A stretch of 64,000 nucleotides of DNA from Podarcis melisellensis. Taxonomy: Eukaryota. The notes under the pieces are model-generated. The model saw only the letters and a program-made list of their open reading frames with translations, made no database searches and was not told where the DNA came from. This document shows positions 13,061-24,889 of the stretch, piece after piece. The first letter of the stretch is position 1. Each line of letters starts with the position of its first letter. Location: the NCBI GenBank assembly GCA_964234715.1, contig OZ174282.1. The stretch is one strand, 5' to 3'. Position numbers and translations under genes: made by a program.

Positions 13061-16000
13061 TCTACTTTGCAGAGACTGTCAAATGACAGAATTCCACCTC
13101 CAGTAACTGGTCATTTTATGCTCTCTTCATTCCTCACTCCTTACATTTCATTGTCCAAGCATTTTCCTGTCTTCAAAACACAGCCCTCCAAACATGGTTT
13201 ACTACACCACTGTATGCTGAGTGGGGAAGAGAATAATAATGAAAATTAACACAGTGCCTAAATGTTAGTAGCATTTGTCCCTGAGTAATCCTTCTGGAGA
13301 GATGAACTCTCCAGCCAAGATACTATCACAAAGGAAGTCCCTGGCCCTTGCTATTGCCCTCTCTTCCGAAGTTGGGGGCAACCAGAGTGTGACATCCATA
13401 GGTGGGGCCAGCTCCAGGTTTGGGGGGGGGGTACTTATTTTAAGAATTTTTTATCCTACCCTTCATTGTTACCAAGCCCAAGGTGGATTACAAACACACA
13501 ACATATCATAATACAGCCAATAAAATACACGAATTAAAGTACCAGCTATCAAATTCATGCTAAGAGACTCTTGTAAAAATGCACAAAAATGATACCTGGC
13601 CCCCCTCATCCCTAGTGGAGAAAACGATGCTGGATAGTAAACATTTGCTGATCTATAGCGGTCCCAGAAATCATTTTTTCTTGTCACAGAGTTTTGACTA
13701 TTTTTTTTCTTCCTTTTGTAAGTGTGCACATGGCCCTTGCTCTGCCCTTCTTTTGGTTTGCTTTCTGACCACAACCCCCACACTAGCTGAGCTCAAACAG
13801 TGCTTCGGTTTCATCTCTTGCGCTTCCTGCGCCAGATGTTTGGCAGTGGCAAGCGCTGTGCTTCTTCTCGCTATAGGCAGCAGGGAAGCCTCCCTCACAA
13901 CCTTCCCCGCATGGCAGCACGTCTGTCTTGCTGCGCTGCTCTCTTCCTTGTGTCTTAGGAGTTGATCGCTTTAAGGTTTCCGCCCCGCCACACTCCCACA
14001 GTTTTTCCATTTTAAATTGCTACTTACTGATAATGAGAACCCAGAAATAAACACAGGCGGATGCCGTGCAGCTGGGGAGGCCTCAGCAGGGGCACTTTTG
14101 AACTGCTGACTGACTCCTTGGCAGGGAAGGCTGGTGCCAGTCTTGCCTGTAAGGGAGCCCTAGCCAGCTCCCCTGCTGTGGGGATGTGGTTCATTCCTGG
14201 CTCGCCAGTGCCTGTGTGAAGTCAGGTGGGCGTAAGAACATAAGAAGAGCCTTCTGGTTTATATCTAGATCCCTCTAATCCACTGTCCTCTTTCCCACGG
14301 TGGCCAACCAGATGCCTCTGGGAAGTCCTCCATCAATGGCCCTCCCCCACTGTTGCGACCACAGCGAACTACTGGCATTGAAGAACTCCTCCTCCTCTTC
14401 CATGGTTTTGTCTAATGCCCTTCTAAAGCCCTCTGAACCAGTAGCCATCACCACAACTGGATTTCAACTGGATTTATTATTGATCGCACAAGGAAATGCA
14501 ATCTTCTGTCTATCCTGAATTTACAACTCTTACTGCATGTTGCAGTTTTAATTTTTAATTTTTATTTTTAAATGGTACTAATCAGCATGCATGATGTTGC
14601 GCAGAACGTAAGGGATAGATAGCATAGCTGCTGTGCATGTTTGCTTTTATATATGTATTCCTCAGCCACTTTGTAGGGAATTAACCTTCATGAGCTGGCT
14701 TAGGCAAACAAAATGTCAGATACGCTGAGAACATTAGGCAGTTTTAAAACAATTGTAAGACCGCAGTCTAAAAGGCAATAGGCTAGAAGAACCATTCTGC
14801 AATATCTTTTCATGAAAACAGTTTAGAGCCACTCAGGAATCTCAAAAATGAGCAGCGCTGATACTCTTAAGAAAGAGCAACCGGAAACAGGTGAGTTTTT
14901 AAGGACGGTGTGAAGACCTGTGCAGTAGAGGCCGTATGCAATTCATACTTCAGGGAGAGGGCAACCTGTATCCAAGGCAGGACAACTGCAAAGTTCAGTC
15001 TCATAGGATCCAAGCTTTTGTTTTAAACAGTGAGCTACAAATACAGGTTTGAAAGTGGTGGGCAATGGCTCCTAAAATCTCAGAAGGAGTATGTGAAGGA
15101 GACCAAAGTTTTCCAACTGCTTTGATTAGTAAAGGTGAAACCCTTGGTATAAGGACTAGAAGCGTTTAATTGATACAGACAGGAATAGAAGGTTGGCATG
15201 CTGTACTTAGTTATTGCATTTATATCCCACATTTCAATAATATATTCTCAGGGCACCCAACCAAATAACAATAAAATTACAACAAAGCACAGTGAAATCA
15301 AGTTATAAAAATTAACACTGCATAAAAAGAAAAACAGCAGTCGTTGCAGCATAAATTTCCAGGAGGGGAAACATGTCTGAAAGTCTTGGATTGTTGTTTT
15401 TAAAGGTCTTCACATGGCGCTGAAAGGAGATTGAAATGGGTGTTTTGCAAGCCTCCCAAGGGAGAGCATAGCATAAATGGAGTGTTCTAACTGAAAAGGC
15501 CCATTCCCTGGTTTCTTCCTGCCTCATTTCAGATGGCAGGGGCACCAGGAGGAAATTCACACACACCCAGTAACAGAATAAAGCCCAGTTGGTGCCAGTG
15601 GGTACTCAATTTTTACAAGCTATTTATAACAGCTGCGAATGGATGGGGAAGGAAGGATTAAGCTTCGCTCCTCCATGAGCTGTTGTTGCAAACCATGTCA
15701 GGCCTGCACACTTACCTCTGTGTAAGAAAAAAGCTTCGTATTGAACCTAGTGTATAGCTTAACCCTGTGTGATCTGGGAGGTATCTGATTTCACATATCT
15801 GACTTTTAGCTGTGAAGTCACAATATGGCCTGAGGCAGCTTACTGGCTTGGTTCAGAAGCCATGGCTAAATCATGGTGGGGTGATGCCTCAAGCTCCTGC
15901 ACTCTCTTTTCCCCGTGGAAGCTGCAGTTCCCCATCTTATTTCATGACGCCTATTAGTTTGCTCACCTTACAGACTTGCAAGAATGGCTTAGAAAATGTA

Positions 16001-16310
16001 TGTGAAGTAGCGTGGAGATTTTAAACGCCTAGAAAAATGTACATGTTCAGAAGAAGGGTAATAAAGTGGCCAAAGCTGTGGGAGAGAGAGGTTTGCTTCA
16101 TTAACCTAGAAATTGATCAGAACACACTGCACAATTGTATTGGGATTTTTTCCACTCTAGAAATGATGGGCTGGTGTTGATGGTTCTTACTAACTTCTTT
16201 GTGCAAAGTTTTTCACAGCCTGTATGTATGTCATGATTGGAATCCCGAAGAGGCTGCTCATTAGTATTCCCATTGTACGGTTGGAAAAAACTTGAAGCAA
16301 AGAGCTAATG

Positions 16311-16910
16311 CAGTAGTTTTCAACCACTGTGCCGTGGCACCCTAGGGTGCCTTGAATGATGGTCAGGGGTGCCGCAAGCAGCACTGGCCTCTGTCCCTCT
16401 TTCCTTCCCTCCCTCCTCTGGTGCCCTCGTGCATCTCTGCCTCCCAAAGGCTTGCACAGCTGTTTATTGCAGCAGCCCTGGCTACAAGCTCTCCAGGAGA
16501 ATGGTGCCTCTAGTACTGGTCAGAGGGTGCTGGTTGCCAGGAGCTGAGGCAGCCCTGGAGTAAGCAAGCAAGCAAGTGAGGGAGGGAGCCCAGCTAGTCA
16601 ATATACCAGCCCTTGCTGTTGGGAACAGACAGACGAGTCCCAGGCCCCTGTGGGGCAGTGTGAGGAGGCACCTCTCTTTGGAGCGGGGGGGGGGGCAGCT
16701 CAGAGACCAGGGGTGGCAGCTGCCCAGAGAACTTGCAAGGAGAGGAGTCTGAGGGAACACTCCACAAGGGAAGGTGTTCAAAAAAGAGTGAGAGGCTGCC
16801 AGCTCTGGAGGCAAGGGGTGACATAACTGGGCTCCTGAGCCCCACAGGGGTGCCACAGAAAGAATGTAGTTGCTCAAGGGAGCCATGGACTCAAAAAGGT
16901 TGAAAACCTC
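16311..16910. mobile_element. hAT-like non-autonomous DNA transposon, about 600 bp
   Basis: Ends CAGTAGTTTTCAACC ... GGTTGAAAACC; subterminal gtgccgtggcaccc / gggtgccac motifs; TSD not clear. Confidence 0.6.
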
Positions 16911-17381
16911 ATAGCTGAATAGGGATTAGAGGTCACTTCTTCCATCTCCAAATAGAACAGACTCAAGAACCCTACAGTGTCTGGAGAAGTGAACTCTGCA
17001 GAGAACAGCTTCAGTTATCACAGGTTCTTGTTTGGTGTGGCAGGAAGAGCCCTTCCCAAGCATCTTAGCTTTGCACACCCTCCTTTGAGATGCTTGACGG
17101 GTAAGCAACCACTTCCTCCAATTGTTGTTGCTCTTCCTTTTCCCAGTCGCCCTTTTCGTGCATGCCCTTTCATTAACCCGTACTTTGACTTTGCTTGACA
17201 TGAAGATACCTCACACATGCTCCTTAAAATTACAGCTACCCTCTGCTAAACAGAGAATTGCCTTTTCCTTCCAAAGTCTTTCCCCATTTCTGTGGTTTGC
17301 TTTTATCGGTGATGCCATCACTCCAAAATGCTTCTAGAAACAGGAAACCAACTTTTGTGACGGCCATCCACAGTCAGTGCA

Positions 17382-17745
17382 AAAAAAGGTAAAGGTAAAG
17401 GTACCCCTGCCCGTATGGGCCAGTCTTGCCAGACTCTGGGGTTGTGCGCCCATCTCACTCAAGAGGCCAGGGGCCAGCGCTGTCCGGAGACACTTCCGGG
17501 TCACGTGGCCAGCGTGACATCGCTGCTCTGGCAAGCCAGAGCCGCACACGGAAACGCCGTTTACCTTCCCACTGGTAAGCGGTCCCTATTTATCTACTTG
17601 CACCCGGAGGTGCTTTCGAACTGCTAGGTTGGCAGGCGCTGGGACCGAGCAGCGGGAGCGCACTCCGCCGCAGGGATTCGAACCGCCGACCTTTCGATCG
17701 GCAAGTCCTAGGCGCTGAGGCTTTAACCCACAGCGCCACCTGCGT
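17382..17745 (-). mobile_element. Full-length Sauria SINE with TSD
   Basis: (AAAGGT)n tail at left; tRNA-related head ...ttcgaaccgccgacc...ttaacccacagcgccacc at right; direct repeat GTCAGTGCA at 17373-17381 and 17744-17752. Confidence 0.9.
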
Positions 17746-20323
17746 CAGTGCAGATGTGCACAAAATCTCCATATGCACTTCCCAGAATGTGGATTTCTTT
17801 TGTTTCAGTTTCAGTCAGAGACTGCAGATGAATAGTTGTGGGGAGAAGCTAGAGTTCATGACAATGAAGACAGTAGGAATGTCATGCTGGACTGCGACTC
17901 CCTTCAGCCCCAGCAACGTGGTCAGTGGTTAGGGATTCGTGGAGTGGTAATCCGGCACTTGAAGTACCCCTGTCTCCCTGGTTCTGCTTAAAAGGAAATG
18001 TGACCATTCACTGAGAGTGCATGTTTACTTCACCTAAACCCTCAATTGTTTTCAGCCTCCCATTTCTCCCTCTTCGGACATATGGAGGGTGGAGTGTGTC
18101 TGCTCAAGTCTTTTTCTGGGTGCTGCCTTATTTTACTGCATGCATGTAAGGCCCCAGGAGCATGGAAAGGGAAGCCCTGGGCGTGGGTGGAAATATGGCT
18201 CAGTGCTTTTGTAGTGCCATTTCTCATCTATTTGCTTAGAGTCAATCATTCCGTCATAGAAACCTTTGCTCAGACAGACAAAAAATTTAAAATTCTGAGT
18301 GAGTCACAATGCACTTGGATTAAGTTGCGGGTTTGTGACTCATTTCTTGACTTAGCAAAAACGTCGCCATGTTTTGTGAGCTGCTAGAGCAGCTTGCTCC
18401 ATCCTAGAGTCTGGAGAGCCGGCAGCTGAATTTGGAACAGGCTGTTTTGTGTGTCTTTGGACTGTAAAGCAAGATAAATATAATAAATCTCATCTAATCT
18501 GTTCCTCCTTTTCTTATTATACAAACACACTGCCTGTTTGTTGGGGTGACTCCTGTTGGCCATCTGAGGGCTTGTACAAAATACAATCACTTTGTGGACT
18601 TGTGTTAAATCTATGCATATAGTGAAATGGGATGGTACAATCCTGAAATGGGAGAATGGACAGTACCACTTCAGGCTGAAGGGGAGGGTCACTTTTTCCA
18701 TATTATCATGTTAGTACCTTTATCCCTGGAATGCTCTGAGGAAGGGGCTTTGCTTTTTGTTTCCTTACAAGGGTTGTTAAACCGTAACCAGCTAAGACTA
18801 ATAAGGGAATTTAGGGAAGCCACAATTTCTGTTGTTTCCCCTGCCCCCTTTGACTACTGTTTTTACAAATTTGGTTGCTCTGCTAGAAATCTGTTTCCTT
18901 GGCATGTGACCCTGTAAATCACAAGTCCACCTCTATTTTTTAGTTAAAAACCATTTTCGGTAGAATGCTTATTTGTGTCTATGCATGCATATCTAATACT
19001 CAGGAAATCTTTTTTATTATTATTTACAATATTTCTATCCTGCCTCCACTAAAATGTTCAGGCAGCTCATGCAATACAGACAAATCAAAGCAAGCCAAGT
19101 GTTGATAAACATACCTTGTTTGTTTTACTGCCTTCATTAAGAAAGATGCTATTTGTCACACCCAAGGTTTTGTTTGCACCCCTTAAGGAACATGTTTTCT
19201 AGACGGAGCAGACATTAGGGTTGTATCCAATATTAATTCTACTTTGAGTAGATGCACTAGAATTAGTGCATGTGACTAACTTAGGTCCATTAATTTCAAT
19301 GGGTCTGTTCTGAATATAACTTAGTTGGATGCAACCAAGTCCTCTGTCCTGCTGGCAGGGAGTCCTTGTTAGTTTCTCCATCGGTTGCAACTAAAAAACA
19401 GGGTGGTTTGGCAAGCTAGCACCACGAGTGAGGAGATATCAATGGAATTCCAACAGGTTTCCTGTCCTCACCGTCTCAGTGTTAAACACACAAGCTGACT
19501 TTCTCTCCATTAGGCTGTTGCTGCTGCTCAGGGCCAGCCCAACCTATTTTGTTGCCTGAGGTAAAGGACAAGATGGTGTCCCTTCCCAGGTCCATGCACA
19601 GAAGTCAGCTAGACAGCCAGTTGAATCTTACTTCCACACTGGTAACAGGGCAGTGTCCTCATCCCACCACATCTGAGGGTAGAAGGCTAGTTTAGGGGCC
19701 CAGGGCAGGCAGGGTCCTTCAGCACCTCCCCACCCCTCAGCGTCTGCCACCACAGGTGGCCTCATGGTAGGGCCGATCCTGCTGTCTCCACTGGCCTCCT
19801 GGGTCCAAGTTTAGAGAATGATGTTGGCAATGGCAGTGCCAACCAGCCTGCCTCTTAAAGGGTTGCTCCACTCTTCCACCATCTAATCTTGGGTTACATC
19901 TGATGTATAAAGCATGCTGATGAACAGGATGAAAATGTTAATCTCTTGTAAAATAGGAAGGACACAAGCATGAGGTCTGTGTCTAGCAAAACTCCCAAGA
20001 TCTTATAAATGCATTTTATGTTTGGGTCAGACCTTTGGGGCATGAGAAAAGGTATGTGTTGTTGTTTTTTTGTGTTTTTTGTGTTTTGTTTTGTTTTTGT
20101 TTTTGTTTTGCTTTTCTGTCCATTTCCTGTTTTGAACACAGAAGTAGGAAACTCTGATCATAGTGGCCCAAAGTACCAGCTTCATTCCTTCCTGCTGCAG
20201 GTCTCTGTTGCAAGCCCTATTCCTGTGTGGATTTGCTCACCTGTTCTTAGCCTGCCTGCCAGAGGCACCTCCTAGACTCCCCGCCTCTGCTGTCGGCAGT
20301 ACCAGTTGCTGATTATCTTTGAA

Positions 20324-20442
20324 ATGTTAGGAATGCAAGAGTGGAGCCCAGCCCCTCGGGGAACGCACTGGGAAACATCCTGCTTGCTGTACGATGTGTC
20401 CGCTCCGGATTCCAAATACTTTCCTAAGCTTCGAAGAGTTGG
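20324..20442 (+). CDS. RIPOR1: Putative alternative first coding exon of RIPOR1 (39 aa N-terminal extension, phase 2)
   Basis: MLGMQEWSPAPRGTHWETSCLLYDVSAPDSKYFPKLRRV then GG|GTAAAG. Locally CpG-enriched. Joins in frame to the acceptor at 28001 ([10 protein letters not shown]). The start resembles a recalled RIPOR2 isoform N-terminus MLTMQDW. Confidence 0.55.
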
Positions 20443-21067
20443 GTAAAGCGGGTGCACACCTAGACTTCAACCCCTTCAGGGTGAGCTGGCTGTCTTTCAG
20501 CTTCCATCTCCTGTGGCCCCAAGGGTTTCGGCAGTATTTACAGCACCCCATGTTAACCTTGTAGAACAGGTAAGTTCCTGGGACTGGCATTTCTTCTCTG
20601 CCTGGCACCTAAAAGGGCTCAGCGTCTATGCTTCTCCACAAAGGCTCTGCATGGTTTTGTCACCTGCTTTGCTCTTGGCAATAGTACCCTTGCACTGACC
20701 AGATGAGGGCACCCGCCTAGTTTTGTAGTGGGGCAACTGGCTAAATTGTGCTGACCTGGCAGGAGCACCTGTTGCCTCATCATCCTTGCTTGCAGTCCAT
20801 AAAGACCCTCTGAGTTCAGTGGGGGTGGCAGGGCAGGGCTCCCTTGGTGATCTGATTAAATGGCTCCAACAGAGAGGGTAATCCGCTAAGGTCCTACTTG
20901 GATTACAGCTCCTTCATAATGAGTTTAATTGGGCCACTGTTGTCCTAGAAACGGGACCGTTGGAGTAGCAATCATAGGGCTAGCTCCTGAATCTCATACT
21001 GCCTGGGTCTTGAGCTGTGCAGGTGGGAGGGAGTCCAATGTGAGCGGCCTCACTCCTAGCTCCTGGG

Positions 21068-21137
21068 ATGCTACTCCGAAATGTTTGTGACAAAGGATCA
21101 ACCATGGAGGATTTGGATGTTGTGACGGAGATCTTTG
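21068..21137 (+). CDS. Candidate alternative first coding exon of RIPOR1 (phase 1)
   Basis: MLLRNVCDKGST-MEDLDVVTEIF-G|gtgggg. The second ATG (21104) is in a strong Kozak context accATGG. In frame with the acceptor at 27988 ([10 protein letters not shown]). The donor is only moderate. Confidence 0.35.
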
Positions 21138-23520
21138 GTGGGGGAAAGGCTCTGGCTCCTATTGGCTGGTTGCTGATGCTGACTGTCTTGGATTGGCTAT
21201 TGTTCAGGTCTGTGTAGCTTTTGGGGTAAGTGAGAAGAACCTTGCCTGTTATCATTGGCAGATAATCTGTTAGCTGGGTGACAAAGCTATGGACCATGAG
21301 TACAGTGACCTTGCAGTTAGTTTGTACCATTGCTGTCTTATTTCCTCTTCCTCCCACTGATCAGCGTTCATAAAGAACGTAGATAGATATAATGCAAAAT
21401 GGTTCTTAAAATCCATCTTCTGGGTGGGTCAGTTATGTTAGTAGAATCACAAGCTTCTGAGTTCCGCAGGGCTCATCTCCTGCCATAAAGAACTGGGGGT
21501 TTTGTATTCATTCCTCCATGACTGTCTACTACGACTTTCCAGCTCCAAAGTAGCATTCTCCTGGAAGTGTGTGTGTGGCTGAATTAATAACTTTTGTCCG
21601 TTGTTAATGGTGTTTGTAACTGTGCCTTGTTCCAACTCTGGAATGGAAAGTGTTTTGTGATTTGTCCCACGCGGGGCAGGCTCCTTGTTCTGTTTCTGCT
21701 GTAGACCCACCAAATGCCAAATAATGATGCCAGTTCTGCTAGTGTATGAATGAACTCCCTACACATTTCCCCTTCTTTGTCACTGCTCAGCCACCTTCTT
21801 TCCCCTTCCCCTAATTAGCTAATTAAGATGCAAAAAAGGTGAAAGCGTTCTCAAAAGAGGAGCAAAGAAAAACAAAAAAGTCACATAAAAGAGTTACCCT
21901 CTTAATTAGATAATATGATTGACACATTACACACTGGTGTTGATAACTGTATATCATATTGTAAGACTAACATCAACCAGCATTAAATTCAGAACTGAGA
22001 GAAGCTGAATTTTGTGACCTCTGCATAATTAGCAAGATCAAATGAATAATTCCCAACAACAGTGGTTTTTGGGGCTGGATAGTATTCCATGAAGTATTTT
22101 AAGTCTCTGAAATAATGTCAGATGTATTTTAGTCCCTTTTAATAGCAGTATGCTTTATTTTGTTGGGTTCTTTTCTTGGTTGAAGCTAGCCTACAAATAT
22201 AATATGGTGAACTCTTTGTTTTTGTGTAGTCAAATCAATTCACATCTTCACACAGTTATATTCTCAACTGAGAATAGTAATACCATGTGCAAACCCTCAC
22301 ATGGTTTAATACAGTGCTATCTTTCTCAAAAAAGAAGTGCAGGAACTCACCATGTTCTTGTTCTCTCATAATGGAAATGGCGCCCACCTGAGAGGTGCTG
22401 GAACTTAGTTCTAGCTGAAAAAAGCCCTGGATTTATATATATGTTGTAATTCTGAAGGAGCACATAAAAAGCACAGCATCGGTGTTGGCTTCAGAATCCA
22501 GATTTTTATGAAGCTCTGATTTTCCTTTTAAATAGAAAGCCTAGCCCTTGCATTTGTCAGTATGTCCCAAGTGTGTGAACTTTTCAGTGTCCTACATAGC
22601 CTCTCTTCTCCCTGCTAGCAAAGCGAGATTAAACAATGCAAAATATATTTTTTAAAAATAAGTCAGGCATGATTCATTTGCATAAAATTCAGCTTCTATT
22701 AGTACAGAAGTAGGTGTATGTGTGTGGTGTATGTATGCCTAGATTTCTAGAGTGCTAGAAGAGAGCAAGCAGTTATTGAGAGTCCAGAGCACCAAATAAA
22801 CCAATTATGAAAAGAACCACCAGCTCTGGTCTTTGAGCGTTGTGCTTGCATGGCACTTTATCCTTACCCATCTGTTCAGTGCTGTCTGCATGTTGGCAAG
22901 TCCTAGTCCTACGCAGGAAGCAGTCCTGGAAGGGACTGACGACACTGCAGCTTGAGGAATAATGTTTAAGTGCAGCGAGGGGAGGGCAGTTGGAGATAAT
23001 TGGCTGCTTCCTTTTCACAAACTGAACTTCAACTTCTTTGGGTCTGAGTTCTCTGCGCAGAGTGAGAGGATCTGTCTTTAGAGGTGTTGGGAATGTTTTC
23101 TCTGACAGCTATCCAATTCGGGCAAACAGCACACTCATTACCTTCCCCCAGATAAGGTTTGGCCTCTTCCTCCTCCTGCCATGTCATGTCTCAGACTTTT
23201 AGTGCAAGCTTCAGCTCTTAATGTTCCAACCCCTGTTGGAAAGGGTGCTCTGAGGAAATCATGAGCAGCTGTGATTCCTTCACATTTGTTCTCAAGAGAG
23301 AGGTTGTTAAGGACATATCTGAGATGCGGGTTTGAAGGACTGCGATTGCATTGCGTACACCAGGACTGGGTAGACCTGGGCTGAAATCATCCATGAAGCT
23401 CACTGGCTGACTGAGTCAAAATCTCTGCTTACTTACCTCACCAGTCTGTTGTGAGCAGAAAATGAGAAGATGCGAACACATAGCATATATTCAACCTTGT
23501 GTGATGGTTGGGATAGAAAT

Positions 23521-23640
23521 GTGGTACCTTGGGTTAAGAACTTAATTCGTTCTGGAGGTCCGTTCTTAACCTGAGGTACCACTTTAGCTGATGGGGCCTC
23601 CCGCTGCGGCCGCTGCACAATTTCTATTCTCATCCTGAAG
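23521..23640. mobile_element. Truncated copy of CAGTGGTACC-family MITE
   Basis: gtggtaccttgggttaagaacttaattcgttctggaggtccgttcttaacctgaggtaccactttagct matches the 10129 copy. Confidence 0.75.
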
Positions 23641-24011
23641 AACAGGGAGTAACAGGGCAGGCTTATGCATGCATGGGTGCTAGGAACGGAACCCCCACAC
23701 AAAATGGTCGCTGCCTGTATAACAGCTTGCTGATAGGGCAAGAATCTTTTCTTCTTGCTGTGCTAGGTTCCTCCTCACCTCTCTTTGAAGGGTGGGTTTT
23801 TATTTGGGGAGTGGAATATACTCCATCTTGATTCTAAATTGGTACAGTCAGCTATACCATCTCATACTACTGCCTGTGTTGACAGGTCCAAGTTGTCTCC
23901 TGTCAAACCGTGTAAGGGAAAGGAGATGTTTCTTGGGCTGGAGCTTGACATGTTCTCGTCTTGTGTTGAGACAGGCCTCAATGGTTGATTCATCCCTTTC
24001 TGTGTAAAGGA

Positions 24012-24034
24012 CATTCATTCATTCATTCATTCAT
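24012..24034. repeat. (CATT)n microsatellite
   Basis: cattcattcattcattcattcat. Confidence 0.85.
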
Positions 24035-24477
24035 TTAGAATGTCTAAACTGCAGCTTCACCCAGACATGGATTCCAGAAAAAATTACATAAAAACTGCAA
24101 ATATCACTACAATATTAAAAATAAACAATAAAAATCAGAGCAGTATAATAAAACAGAGGTTGTAACCAAAGAAGTATTCAGCCACCTAAAACCATACTGT
24201 AAAATTTTTAAAGACTGAACAGTTTTTAAAAAATATATTAATCTGGCACTGAAAAGAGTACAATGCTGGTGCTAGTCTTGGCCTCTTTAGAAGGAGATCC
24301 CAAAGCCCAGAGGCTTGTGTTTAGGCCCTGACGACTCCTTGACTCTGCCTGCAAGTTGGTGGCAATTGCTTGGTCAAGCAGCTAGCATTCGAAGGGCATT
24401 GAGTTCTTCTGAGATCCTTTGGGCCTAGAAGAGCTTGACAGTGTAAACTGAGAGACTGCCTGGGAGACTCTGTAGGG

Positions 24478-24681
24478 CAGAGCTTTCCAGACTTTTCATA
24501 TTGGTGACACACTTTTTAGACATGCATCATTTTGCAACACAGTAATTCAGTTTTACTAGCAAACCAGAGGTTAAACTAACCTCTTTGCAGCCCTGGGAAG
24601 AGCGCGGGGAGCGTTCGCACAACACACCTACACACTGCAGCTGACACACTAACGTGTCATGACACAGTTTTGAAAGCTCTG
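24478..24681. mobile_element. hAT-type MITE with perfect 8-bp TSD
   Basis: TIRs CAGAGCTTTC / GAAAGCTCTG; TSD CTGTAGGG at 24470-24477 and 24682-24689. Confidence 0.85.
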
Positions 24682-24697
24682 CTGTAGGGTATAAGTA

Positions 24698-24889
24698 CAG
24701 TGGTACCTTAGGTTACAGACACTTCAGGTTACAGACTCCGCTAACCCAGAAATAGTACCTTGTGTTAAGAACTTTGCTTCAGGATGAGAACAGAAATTGT
24801 GCAGCGGCATTAGCTAAAGTGTTAAGAACAGTTTCAGGTTAAGAACGGACCTCCAGAACGAATTACGTTCTTAACCCGAGGTACTACTG
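24698..24889. mobile_element. Tc1/mariner-type MITE (CAGTGGTACC family)
   Basis: TA-CAGTGGTACCT ... AGGTACTACTG-TA. Confidence 0.85.

Noticed and set aside
14081-14096. CTCF-like motif cctcagcaggggcac
   Set aside because: It is one G short of the AGRKGGC core, so spacing does not fit the consensus.
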